Assembly (NCBI GenBank): GCA_973895155.1
Contig: OZ316894.1
Location: 11,820,828-11,884,827 of the forward strand
Origin: Marsupella aquatica
Taxonomy: Eukaryota; Plantae; Marchantiophyta
DNA: 64,000 nt
Direction of reading: 5' to 3'
This document shows, one piece after another, positions 39,602 through 50,489 of this stretch (the stretch's first letter is position 1; each line of letters opens with the position of its first letter). Made by a program: the position numbers and the translations under genes. The notes beneath the pieces were generated by a model. It was not told where the DNA came from. It saw only the letters and a list, made by a program, of their open reading frames with translations, and made no database searches.

Positions 39602-39708
39602 TGTTTGATGGTGATAATAATGGTATCAGTATAGTCTCGGTAATGGTACATATGGTGGTGCCGGGATGACCGGCTGATCCGGTCCTCCGGTCAAGGTAGA
39701 GTCTAACA
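39602..39708 (-). repeat. 5' LTR (107 bp)
   Basis: Direct repeat of 32908-33014, followed by TSD gttat. Confidence 0.97.
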
Positions 39709-41438
39709 GTTATCACGTTTTAGTATTGGGCCAGTGGTGGTGATTAAATGAGAGAATTTTATACATAATGATTTTTAGGCCTAAACTTGCAACCCAACTT
39801 TTGTTTTCTCTTTCACCTGATTGGCTTGATGATGGTCAATGGGAAGTTTGGGGGAATCCATTTTTTCTCATATTCATTTGGTAAGTGGGTCCCAACACTA
39901 CGTGATTAACACAATAATTTCAGCCAAATCTGCTTGAGACAACAAAATGATGGCTAAAAAGACTTTTTTGATGCATCTTAGGACGCTGATATGCCTTGTA
40001 GCACAAACACAACATCATAAAACCCCAAAAGAACAACTGGCGAACTTAAAGTAAGTTGTTTTAAAGTGTACACTTTTACGTTGATTATCAATCTTTGATC
40101 TCATTTGTCAATCTAAACAATCAGATGACACACATCATCCATCATCCTCTTTGTTAGCAAGTGATAGATTGAATGCATCAGTCTATCAGATTGAACAGCT
40201 AGTGTTAATCATTGTTTTTTGTTAAGTAGATGAATTAAATATAACAAAATATTTACGGACCCCACTAGAGGTCCCTTCCAAAATTCCTGGCACCACAGTG
40301 TGCCATGTCAACAACAACCGCAACAAACAAGACTCGTCGGTTTTGTGAATCAAACTTATAGTTTTCATTCGTGTTTGTGTCAATTTGGGTGTAAATTTTG
40401 GGATGCCGTGCCATAAAAAGAAAAGTAAAAACATTGGAAATGCAAAGAGCAAGACGGTTAAAACTGTCACTATGTAACCATTTTAGTTACATTTTCAATT
40501 TTAAAACTTAAATTCAAAGATTTATAAAAAGTATTTTTCATATAATAAATAATGACTAATAACTAACTTGATAACTTCCTTGTTAAACCGCAACTCCCGG
40601 TATGTAAGGACCTCTCGTATTGTACGGCCATTAATGCTGGGAAGAGCACATAGAAACCCAGGATCGGGGAGGAGGAATGGCTGGAATCTTGAAAGTTCAT
40701 CGAATTTTATACTCAAAAATATTTACTCATTCTCAAAACAAAAAAACACCCAGTCGTAGATCTCATTGAGATCTTTGTTTTGCACCCTAGATCGCCTTCT
40801 AGCATGGATGAATAAGATTTCCAAAGGCATTACAAAATGGATGGCAAAGATTGTAAAATCAACAAAATCGACGGCTAGGAAGGCTTGGATTTGTTTAATT
40901 TTTCATTTGAAAAATATTAACCCATTTGCTAAACGGACAGAACCCATCCATAGATCTATTTGAGATCTTTCTTTTGAGCCATAGATTGGCCGTTATGATG
41001 GACGGACGAGATTTCCGGAGATAAGAAATGGAGACGGCTCAGATCGACTCTTCCCCCTGATTTTATTAGCCAAGGGGTCCACGAACTAATTATTATAACC
41101 ATTTTATTTTACTTTGCAAAGAGACATGTCCATGGGGGGTCTGTAATTAAAGATTGAAGTCTCTCATCCTTTGTAAAAGTACTAGGGACACTAAAAATAC
41201 CTACTAATGCAACTGGGAATGCTGGTCACTAGGAAAACATTTTCAAATATTCTGCCAGCCAAGGGGAACAATATGAGTAAGGGAAGGAATCAATTTAAGT
41301 ACCACACGCAAGATAGCTATAACCTCAAGGTTTTCAAAGGCTACAATCTTATCCAAAAATCTGGGGAGTTGGCTAGGGGTTGAGTATTGCACACTGTCCT
41401 CTTCCCTTCCCAAGGGTACGTTTTGCCTTTATAACCCT

Positions 41439-41602
41439 GAGAGGTGTACGTGACAGACCCCCAAAATTGAAAGTATCACTTTATGGACCTCATGAGTGAT
41501 CCAGATAGTTTGATAGAATTGACTTCAATATATGTACCCAAAATCTCATGGGGTCCATCAAGTGACACTTTTCAATTTAGGGGTCCATCAATTACATCTC
41601 TC
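41439..41602. mobile_element. MITE-like foldback element with ~60-bp imperfect inverted arms
   Basis: Left arm gagaggtgtacgtgacagacccccaaaattgaaagtatcactttatggacctcatgag. Reverse complement of right arm gagagatgtaattgatggacccctaaattgaaaagtgtcacttgatggaccccatgag. Confidence 0.65.
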
Positions 41603-42502
41603 TTATAACTCTACTATGAACTCAGTTTTGCAATGTGTGCTTATGCGAGATCACCCACAGGGTCTGTGACAAAAAATCAGGTGCAAGCAAGTCCAAGGGC
41701 AGTCAGTACCACTCTGGCAGTATTGCTAGTCCAGGCACGATTCTGGCAAGTACTCAGGAGTTACTATAGTCCAGGCATTCAGTTGCCTATAAGGTCCTCA
41801 ACTTCAAAGTGTACTAACATAAGATCCCAATGTGCATTAAGGGCATGCTTCAAAGCGTTACAACCAAGTCTATGTCATGCTCATCACTAGGGTATGGGCG
41901 TTCCTTATATATTGACATGGTGACTCCCGAAACTGTGATTTCCAATGCCTTGCTTCTTCGACTACGGAGTCATTGTGGAACAGTGCTACTGGGCTGGGTG
42001 TAAGGGATTGATCAAGGGGTCTAAAGGATCAAGAGAGAGGGCTACCATCTTAGAGGGTTAAATCTAAAATGAGTGTATTAAGGAATATAAAGGGGTCTAC
42101 AGGATATAACAAGAGAGAGGGCCCCCCCTCCTTCTCTTCTCAGCCAAGGTATGGTATATGGGTGTGCAAGTGTTTGATGAAAGCCATGAGTCTGTACAGA
42201 ACTTGTATGAGAGGTTTCTTTACTTTCTTACTGTTCTCCCTCTAATCCCTACCCTAATAGGAGGTCTCAAATATGGATCTCTTCCTCTCTTCCGCGAGAT
42301 AGTGTTAGGTATTTATTCTTACGTCTAGGGTTACTATATGTAACCATAGACTTTAGGTTAACCATGGTCAAAGATATGTTAAGTTAACTAAATTACACAC
42401 CATATCCTAAGGTGTGTTTAATGTGCCCTCTGACTAGTGCCCAGGAAATGGGCAACTGCAAAAAATAACACAACAGAAGTGTGTGGGCTAGGCTCCGAGG
42501 GC

Positions 42503-43140
42503 ACATTTTTCAGCCGTGTCCATCTGAACCTCAACTCGGACTGCCGTGAGAGTGCCTGCGGATCATATTTGAGACCCACGTAAATCCTGTCAGGAGAAGA
42601 GGTTACCGGTGTGTAACCATTTCTACAGGGGCCTGCTATAATCATAATTTGGTGTCCTGAAAAGTTGAGCCGGTAGCCTCTTTTCGGGCAGGAGTTACGT
42701 ACGCTAATGCAGGGCAGGGCTGGGGTTATAGGCTGTAACCTGCTCCCGGAATATTCAAAGAAGCTTCCCGGCTGTCGTCGGTCAGTTTCTTTTCATATTC
42801 CGGAAGCAGGGTTACAGCCTAGTAACCTTGCGCCCAGACCTGCATTACCCTATACAGTTACAGCCTAGTAACCCTGCGCCCAGACCTGCATTACCCTATA
42901 CATTTTTGCCTGCATTACCCTATACATTTTTCAGCCGTGTCCGTCTAAACCTCAACTCGGACCGTCTGAACCTCAACTCGGGCGTCCGTGAGAGTGGCTG
43001 CCGATCATATTTGAGACCCCGTTCCGTATTTAAGTGCCCTCGGATCATATTTGACACCCCCTTCCCTATTTGAGGCATCTTTTGACAGCCCGTAATCCCA
43101 TCCAAGCCAAGCCAAGCCAAGTCAAGCCAAGCCAAGCCAC
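42503..43140. repeat. Local repeat cluster: ~75-bp dispersed duplication, short duplications and (CAAGC)n
   Basis: acatttttcagccgtgtcc.tct.aacctcaactcggac at ~42503 and ~42924. gttacagcctagtaacc.tgcgcccagacctgcattaccctataca twice (42811-42902). caagc repeats at ~43103-43138. Confidence 0.75.
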
Positions 43141-43277
43141 TCCATAGTTACTCATGGCTTCCAATTACTCGGACTGATTACTTTCACAGAAGCAGGACTT
43201 AAGTACTTAGAATCAGGTTGCCGAGTTTTGGTAGCTCGATGATAATCTAGACAACGCTATGATTATGTACAAAGCTG

Positions 43278-43358
43278 ACAGACTATGGAACGGCAAGAGA
43301 CGCTCACAGACTATGGAACAGCAAGATACGCTCACAGACTATGGAACAGCAAGAGACG
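43278..43358. repeat. 28-bp tandem repeat, ~3 copies
   Basis: acagactatggaac(g/a)gcaaga(g/t)acgctc three times. Confidence 0.88.
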
Positions 43359-44578
43359 GGCCTGCCTCTGCACGTTGTTTCAATTGAGTGAATAACGAAT
43401 CGCTGGTGTCTGGTCAGCGCGGGGGTCAGCGTGTTCATGAGCTCCAGCTCTCCAGACATTAGAGTGTCGTTCGTCCTGCTTCCCTCACAGCGCCTGCATT
43501 AACTCCCTTCTGGCCTAGCTTGCACCCACTCAGTCACTCACTATCCATCCTACTACAGTAGCTCCATCCGCCTCTTGATCGATCTCATCGAGCCAGCGAG
43601 CACGCAATGCGCTAGCTAGCTGGAGAGCGAGAGCGAGAGCTAGCTACGTCAACCTCGGAGACTACGGGAGACTACGACTGCGACCAGACTCCGAGTCAAG
43701 GCCGTTCAAACTGAAAGCAGGTAAAAAGGACCGAGATTGCATTCGAAAATGTGGATCGCGTATGGCGACGATCAGGAGCAATGCGAGAGTCACGAATTGC
43801 CCAGAGGTTTAGAGGTGCGCAGCGAGAGATTTCGGGGCCAGATCCAAGAGGAGGAGGATACTGTGAGCGTATTAGCAGCATCGGCTCCAAATGTCGCACT
43901 GTTCCGGCAGTCTGCGGGGAGGAGCAGCGGCGAGAGATATGGTACGCGGGAGCGCTCGTCCGGAAGAATGTTGTGCACAGCAAAGTCAACAACAACATTA
44001 ACAATACCGAGACAAAGACCAATCCGAGGGGGTGCAATACGACGTTCTTTGACTCGATCACCAAGCTTTTCGCGTCTAAAAGGCTTTCGCGGTTAAACTT
44101 ACTGTAGCATTCGACACTGGCGACAGAGTGCAGATTGCGGGACGTGCTGTTGTGTTGTAAGAAATTGGATTCGGACACTCTCATCGGTCTGAAGATTTGG
44201 GTGCACCTCTCACATAATCAGGCATGCACAGGCGCCGAACCCAATACTGCTGCGCCAACCGACTGACTGTAGCTAGCTAGCGTAATACTAGGAAACCAAG
44301 CTCCAATCAAATCTATCATGGTATTGTGTTGAAATTTGTTCAATTAAAGGACCATGAGACATTTTATTGAAGCTCCCCTAACCACGGACCCCAGAATTCG
44401 TAGTCTTGGCGGGAGTCTGCGTCCCCGGCAGATTAATTACCTGCACTCCCCAAATGTAGCTCCGTAGTGAACCAAACAATTGCAAACCCTTCGATCATAA
44501 TCTACGACGGGGCAGTGTTTACACTGAGCATATGCCTCTCTGATCAGTCAAGATCGGGGGCCCGAGCTTGGAGATAGA

Positions 44579-45919
44579 ATGTGCTATTCAAATGTGCTCC
44601 CTGGGCGCGGAGACAGCTTCCAGCAGAGCTATGACTTGAACTCGAAAAACGATTACAGACACATCAAGCACGAGGTAATGGACTGTCTGGTGACTACTCG
44701 ATCGTCCTATGAGATCACCACGGAGGGAGTGGAATTCGTCCTCAAGCAAAATAACTACGAGATGGACACGAGCCGCTTAGATCTTCTGTTCCGGACCAAG
44801 CAGTCGTCGATTGCCTCCGTGCGAGAGAAGCAGGTGTTCGTGATGGCACGTAGCAGCGCGGGGTATATCGTGGTGGCTTGTCGAGGGACGTTCTCGCTTT
44901 CGGATATCATTGCCGACGTCAAGCTGGCCAAGCTACCCGTGCCATTCGCCCAAGGGAGAGCTCAGATTGGGTTCGTGGAGCGAGCTATGGATATGCCTCT
45001 GGAGCTCTTTGTTTTGCTTCTCAGAGCACGTGAGAAGCTTATCTTCACAGGCCATTCCTTGGGAGGAGCTGTCACGGCTCTGACAGCCCTGAGGGTGCTC
45101 GAGGCCCTGGGGTCTGTGCCAGGACATTCCTTCATGCAAGAGCAAGTTCAGTGCATCACATTTGCCACAGCTCCGTTTGCGAATTTGGAGCTCGCAACAT
45201 ATGTGAACTCCAAGTACAAGAGTATATTCCATAACATCGTGTCCAAGCACGACGTGGTACCTCGGGCTCACAGTCTTGTCCCTCAATTCTTCTTCCCTGC
45301 GGCGAAGTGGGTGGTAGACAGGATGCACGCTAGGTGGGAGATACGGATGTGCAAGACTATGCTCGAGACCATGACTCAGATGTCCGTGGACAAGGCCGTG
45401 ACAAAGCTAGAGCAGAGGTTGCCATCGCTCTGGCCAGTGACATGGCTTTACAAATTCATTAAGGAATGCGCTGCGCATGATGAAGAGGCTCTCTTCTACA
45501 ACCATGTCGGCTATGTGCTCATGCTCGACCCTGACACCAAGGATCCGGAGTCCACTATAAGTATGGAGGATGACACCGAAAATTTGGGTTTGAACTTTTG
45601 CTTGGAAGACAAGAGCGTTTTGGAGATCTGCTACGAGCATGGATTGGGGAACTACTATTCGTGTCTTGTAAGAGGCTTGAGCGCCACCAAGGAAACCTCT
45701 GTAGCTTTTACCAGTCCATTTCAAAGACTAAATCCTGAGAATCTTCTCATGAATTATTACGCAGAGCTCATCAATGTCAAAGCCCGAGCAGCAGAAGCTA
45801 AGCGTATCTCTGTTAGAGACGGCCTTTCCACACAGCAGATTCTGAGGAATCCATCTCGGGCATGCCTCACTTATTTCAACCAATTTCTTATCAGAATTAC
45901 CGGCAACGACTTCCCGTGA
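44579..45919 (+). CDS. Class-3 lipase (alpha/beta hydrolase), 446 aa, uninterrupted ORF
   Basis: IVVACRGTFSLSDIIAD; nucleophile elbow IFTGHSLGGA; CITF; catalytic Asp in NIVSKHDVVP; candidate His in EHGLGNY. The start codon is uncertain and upstream exons are possible. Confidence 0.85.
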   Translation: MCYSNVLPGRGDSFQQSYDLNSKNDYRHIKHEVMDCLVTTRSSYEITTEGVEFVLKQNNYEMDTSRLDLLFRTKQSSIASVREKQVFVMARSSAGYIVVACRGTFSLSDIIADVKLAKLPVPFAQGRAQIGFVERAMDMPLELFVLLLRAREKLIFTGHSLGGAVTALTALRVLEALGSVPGHSFMQEQVQCITFATAPFANLELATYVNSKYKSIFHNIVSKHDVVPRAHSLVPQFFFPAAKWVVDRMHARWEIRMCKTMLETMTQMSVDKAVTKLEQRLPSLWPVTWLYKFIKECAAHDEEALFYNHVGYVLMLDPDTKDPESTISMEDDTENLGLNFCLEDKSVLEICYEHGLGNYYSCLVRGLSATKETSVAFTSPFQRLNPENLLMNYYAELINVKARAAEAKRISVRDGLSTQQILRNPSRACLTYFNQFLIRITGNDFP

Positions 45920-48882
45920 TTGTCAACGAATCCGCAATTTTCAATTTCATCAACTGGTGGCTGTATAATTAACTCTGTTCACATTGCCAGTTGAGTGAGC
46001 CTGTGCTGGGGGGGCCACTGCCTTTCCCAAGCCAATTCGATAAGGCAGCAATGCAATCACGTGCAAGCTATCTGTATTCAACTGCACGTAGGTAGCAAGC
46101 TTTCTGCAATTGCATTAAGGTCTTCTCCTGAAACCATAACTTTTCACGTAGCAAATGGGCTCCGGTATATATTCCCACAATCGGAGTTCCATTTTGCAGG
46201 CTTGCCAAGAATTGTGTCCTTTTGTGGACCCGTACGATAATTATGGACGGGTTTCAAACAAATCACAGCTGGATCAGCAGAATTTCAAGTTTGTTCCTAC
46301 AGTTCAGTAGCTTGCTAATGACCGGAACGGAACGCGTGAAAGTTTCAAACTCGAGTCCATAGGCCAGCATTGTACCAGCTATAGAGCATCATCGTTGTTT
46401 ATAATTAGTTTCCATGCACACTATCCGTGCTTATCTATCGCCACAATTCAGGAATCCAAGGTCTCGAGGGGACGACCGGAGTACAGGCTCGCTGAGCTTC
46501 CAGAGTGAATCCCGAAGACTTTTAGAAGTACAGTAGTCCCTGTTGGAGTTCATTGATGGCGGTCACCTTGCCGTCGTCTTAGTGTACTCTCTCTAGATCA
46601 ATATATCTAGAGAGTGCAGAATCAGCCACAGAATTGCTCATGCAAATTCTAACATGCTATAGAGCGGTTCTGATTGGGATCGTGTTAAGTGTAATATGGA
46701 AGCATCAAGATCGATCTGAACCAAATTGAGCAACAGCGGCTACATCACTATATTGTGCCAATTCTGGTTTTAAGATACCGCATACTTGTTTCATGGCTTT
46801 CAACGTAGCCGCAAAACCATGGAGATCGTGTTGTAATCTTTCTGGTGGAGCGCTTTGAATAGTCACTGAGAACAGTAGCAGCTGCATGTGTCTGCATGTG
46901 TCTGCATGTAGAAAAGTGGCTACCAGCACATATTGCAAAGTCTAACACATTCAAACGGCAAACAGGTACCTACTAGTTTTTCCAACAAGTTTACATTGCA
47001 CCGTAGCAGTTTGGTTCACCTTCAGGTCGTTCTTGTGTACTCTACATTGATCTAGAGATCGCAAACGCCACACAGGTACTAGATTTTTCATCGAGTTTAC
47101 GTAGTGCCGTAGCATTCATTTTCACTTGCACTAGTATAGTGACTGATCCCAGATTGGCTTATGCTTTGGAGAAAGTTGGGGACTCTAGTCCCACTTACAT
47201 AAGGACTCGAAGAAGATTGAGACACAACGAAACAGCGATGGAGAACTCACTCGGCTGAAGCGGAACTCCGGGAATGGAGCAATTATCTCGTGATCCCCTC
47301 GCATTTATTGCTCCCCAATGTGCCATGCTGGATTCTGAGTGTGAACAGCTGGGTGAGTCAGTGGGAAATCCTACTGTAGTGCACAGCTAGATTAACATTG
47401 CCCATTGCCGAGTTGCTAGCACAATACGTCAGCGTACAGGAAATAGCCTGGGAGGCGCCTATACAAATAACTAGTCGCACATGGTCAATGGTAGCCAGCC
47501 AATCTGTTGTAAATCTCTTCCGAGGCGTCGACGTACGGCATGCGTACGTGCATTTTCCATTTGCGTATTGAGTTTCGAAAATATTAAAGCTGCACACATC
47601 ATTATGGTCACCTCACAAGGACGAACGTCGGAGTCTGCTGGAACAGGTAGGTAGTTTATGAGCACTGGACACTGGCCACTGCTCACTTGCATGGACAGGG
47701 TCTGCATCATTCTGAACTTCTGAAGGAACCAGGCACAATCATGTTCAATAGCCATTGCCCACTTCATCAATACGTTTGGCAGTCCTCACTCCTCGCCGTT
47801 AATTTTCCAATTGAGCAAAATCGGGATTAGAAAAATTCGAATCACTCACAAGTAAGCCGGCCATGATGATTCTCCAGGGCTTGCATGCCTCACGAGTAGT
47901 GTCAATGTAAACTATCTAGCTAGACAAACTAATAACCAGGTCGGAGGGCTTTGGTCACAAGAAGAGTGGAAATCAGAAATATTCAATATGTAAAATCAAC
48001 CTTCGGATAATTGTTTTACATTACAATAAAATAAATTGTACGTGCCAAACAAAAAACTCCAATCGTAAAATGGCCAAATATGTTGCAGTGTCTCCCTCGT
48101 CCTCAACTACCATGGCTGTCAATTCCCTCACCGGCCGTTGCGTGTATTATTTGTACTGTGTACCATCCCGTCTCAGGAATCTCGCTGCAACGTTTTGAGC
48201 TACCTAAGGCTTACTTTGGGATACATATATACAAGTTTTGAAATCCCACCACTAATACTAGCTGATTTCACTTCACTTCTAGTCCGGTAAAAACAAGGTA
48301 AAAATGCAAATCCCTCGTCGATCATGGATTGACCACCGTCCAAGCTAGATCGACGTAACGGACGCTCAATGAAATCTCTGTGTGAATGAACCAGAAATCG
48401 TCTGCAATTTTCATCACGTTTGTTTATCTATTATTGCAAGGAAGAGCACATTCTCATTGTCTGCTCGCAACGAGTTCGTGACTAATAATAAGTCACAGTG
48501 TAATAGTAGTGGTAGTGACAGGCTAGCTCGCTCGGCGAGTGTGCTCTCGCCGATTACTTTATAGTCTGACGCGTACAAGCTCCTCGTTGCTCATTACTGT
48601 TGCTCATGACAACCAGTTTAATGTCAGTCAGGCAGGCACAATAACATAACTACATAAGGTCCCGTACTGTCGGCCTGCCACCAGACCAGCCAACTATCTT
48701 ACTGCCTGCAGGCCACAGGACGATAGAGGCATTTCGTAAATCAATCTGCTCTGCTCTACTCTGCTCTCACATCGACAGAATGATAGCTACTTTAGAGAGG
48801 CACGGTGCCGAAGCAGTCATGTCTATCTCTCGCTCCAAGTCCCGATTTCAGAGCTCGCAGCCGATAAAATGGCGTGTTGTGA

Positions 48883-49093
48883 ATGAGATTGAGAGACATA
48901 TATGAGGATGGAGTTTACTCTTCCCACAGTTCTACTGAAAAGATGGGATTGAAAAAATTGGAAGTCCATGTGACAGTGGATGAGATTGAGAGACATTTAT
49001 ACGAGGATGTAGTTTCCACTTCCCACATTTATACCCGGCATTTATACTGAAAAGATGGGATTGAGAAGGTTGGAAGTCCATGTGACAGTGGAG
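48883..49093. repeat. ~100-bp tandem duplication
   Basis: atgagattgagagacat...tactgaaaagatgggattga...ttggaagtccatgtgacagtgga twice. Confidence 0.85.
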
Positions 49094-49187
49094 GACAGGG
49101 AAGAGCTGAAGTGAACTTATTAGTCTATTTGTTCTGTGCTGGCTTGTCTCTTAATGGCCTTCGTGATTTCCCTCTGTAATTTTCAGG

Positions 49188-49498
49188 GCATTTATGGAGA
49201 AGAATGCTCGTTCAATATTTTGAACATTATTTAAAATCTCTTAAAAATTGCTTAGCCCTCTCACTTTATTATCCTATTATCACAACGTTATGGGCAACAA
49301 TAGCCCCTCAACGCATTTATGGAGAAGAATGCTCGTTCAATATTTTGAACATTATTTTTTCTTTATTTTTACTATATTAGTAAAAGTAAAAATTGGTTAG
49401 GCTTTTAACTTTGTCAACACAACATTATGGGCAACAATAACCACTCAAAACTCTAGCACACAACATTATCGGCAACAATAGCCCCTCAAAACTCTAGC
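49188..49498. repeat. Interleaved direct-repeat cluster, candidate transposon subterminal repeats
   Basis: gcatttatggagaagaatgctcgttcaatattttgaacattattt twice (~49188, ~49313). cacaac.ttat.ggcaacaata.cc.ctcaa three times. actatattagtaaaagtaaaaattggttag at ~49371 is repeated at ~50172. Confidence 0.75.
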
Positions 49499-50489
49499 CG
49501 AAGCTCTTTTTTTTTTGTTTTTTTTTGGGGGGGGCATCATGGCACACAATACCCTGTTTACTTTACTACATATATTAAGGTAGTCTGGGTGATTTCTAGT
49601 TTCTGGGTGCTTTAGACTGCCTCAGGCAAGCACTGCCATGATTATAACACATTAATTTAGACCATACAATTGACTGAACTATGTTCAGCTATGTGATCGG
49701 GGGCACAAAAAAGCCCCAATATACTTTTGTCAAAAATACATACGGATTGCAATATTGAACTTCAATACTGGACTTCTATACAGTTTCCTTGTTTTAAAGA
49801 GACCAACAAAATCCAATGTATTGCATACAGTATTTGTATTTCAAGGGCAAGATCATAATAGCTTAGAGATATATACTTCGTGGATCTCCAAATGCAACTT
49901 TTTCTCTTAATGGACCAAAAGTTGCACACGCCCTCCCAGTGGACCCCAACGTTTAGATTCTCTCCCAATGGACCTCCGGGCCCACTCCGTACAAGCATGT
50001 TCTTCTGAAATACCTTACCACACAGTTCAGGTCCACTACGTACCATGTGGACACCGTGGTTGGTCATGTGTAGTAGGCCATCGATAACGTCGCAGTCCAC
50101 AAGCGTCGTAGCCCTGGCCACAATCAAGTGCCGCAGCACCATGGCTTCCTAGTTTTTGTGAATACAATATGACTATATTAGTAAAAGTAAAAATTGGTTA
50201 GCCGCAATCTAGAACAATCAGAAGAATACAACATGGTCAATGTATTCACTCCACACATGCAATGACAGGTCGCGATTCTAGGTTGTGTATGCTTTGCTAG
50301 TTCATTGTTAGGGATGAGGGCACAATCATTTGCCCGTGTATGCCTTCTCTTTGGCGAGGGTTTAGGATTTTAGGGTGGCGGCCGATAGGAATGGTGATCA
50401 AGAGAGGAGGATTGTTTTAGGGATTTGACTATAATTGGAGACCAGGCAGCTCATAGACGGATCGAAGGCCTGTCGGGCTGGTGAAGGGA

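Larger units (their letters stand above)
32908..39708 (-). mobile_element. Full-length Ty1/copia LTR retrotransposon, Bianca-like lineage
   Basis: Two 107-bp TG...CA LTRs (32908-33014 and 39602-39708) differ at one base (tcttggt vs tctcggt). The 5-bp TSD GTTAT is at 32903-32907 and 39709-39713. PBS and PPT sit next to the LTRs. One gag-pol ORF with copia domain order. Confidence 0.97.

Noticed and set aside
43278-43358. 28-bp repeats of CRISPR-like length
   Set aside because: Contiguous tandem copies with no spacers and no cas genes.
43696-44184. Overlapping 118-162-aa ORFs upstream of the lipase
   Set aside because: No recognisable motifs. More likely 5' UTR or intron of the lipase gene (donor-like cag|gtaaaa near 43720).
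46588-46614. 10-bp-arm hairpin ctctctagat...atctagagag
   Set aside because: Short and low in complexity, so expected by chance in 64 kb.
46705-47870. Minus-strand exon-like fragments ([14 protein letters not shown]..., MKWAMAIEHDCAWFLQ...)
   Set aside because: Could not be joined into a consistent gene or assigned to a family. Left uncalled.
49762-50142. 126-aa minus ORF as the missing transposase C-terminus
   Set aside because: It has an HxxxHxxH patch but lacks the expected downstream GS...S.(E/Q)..E context, and it lies beyond unrelated + strand genes.
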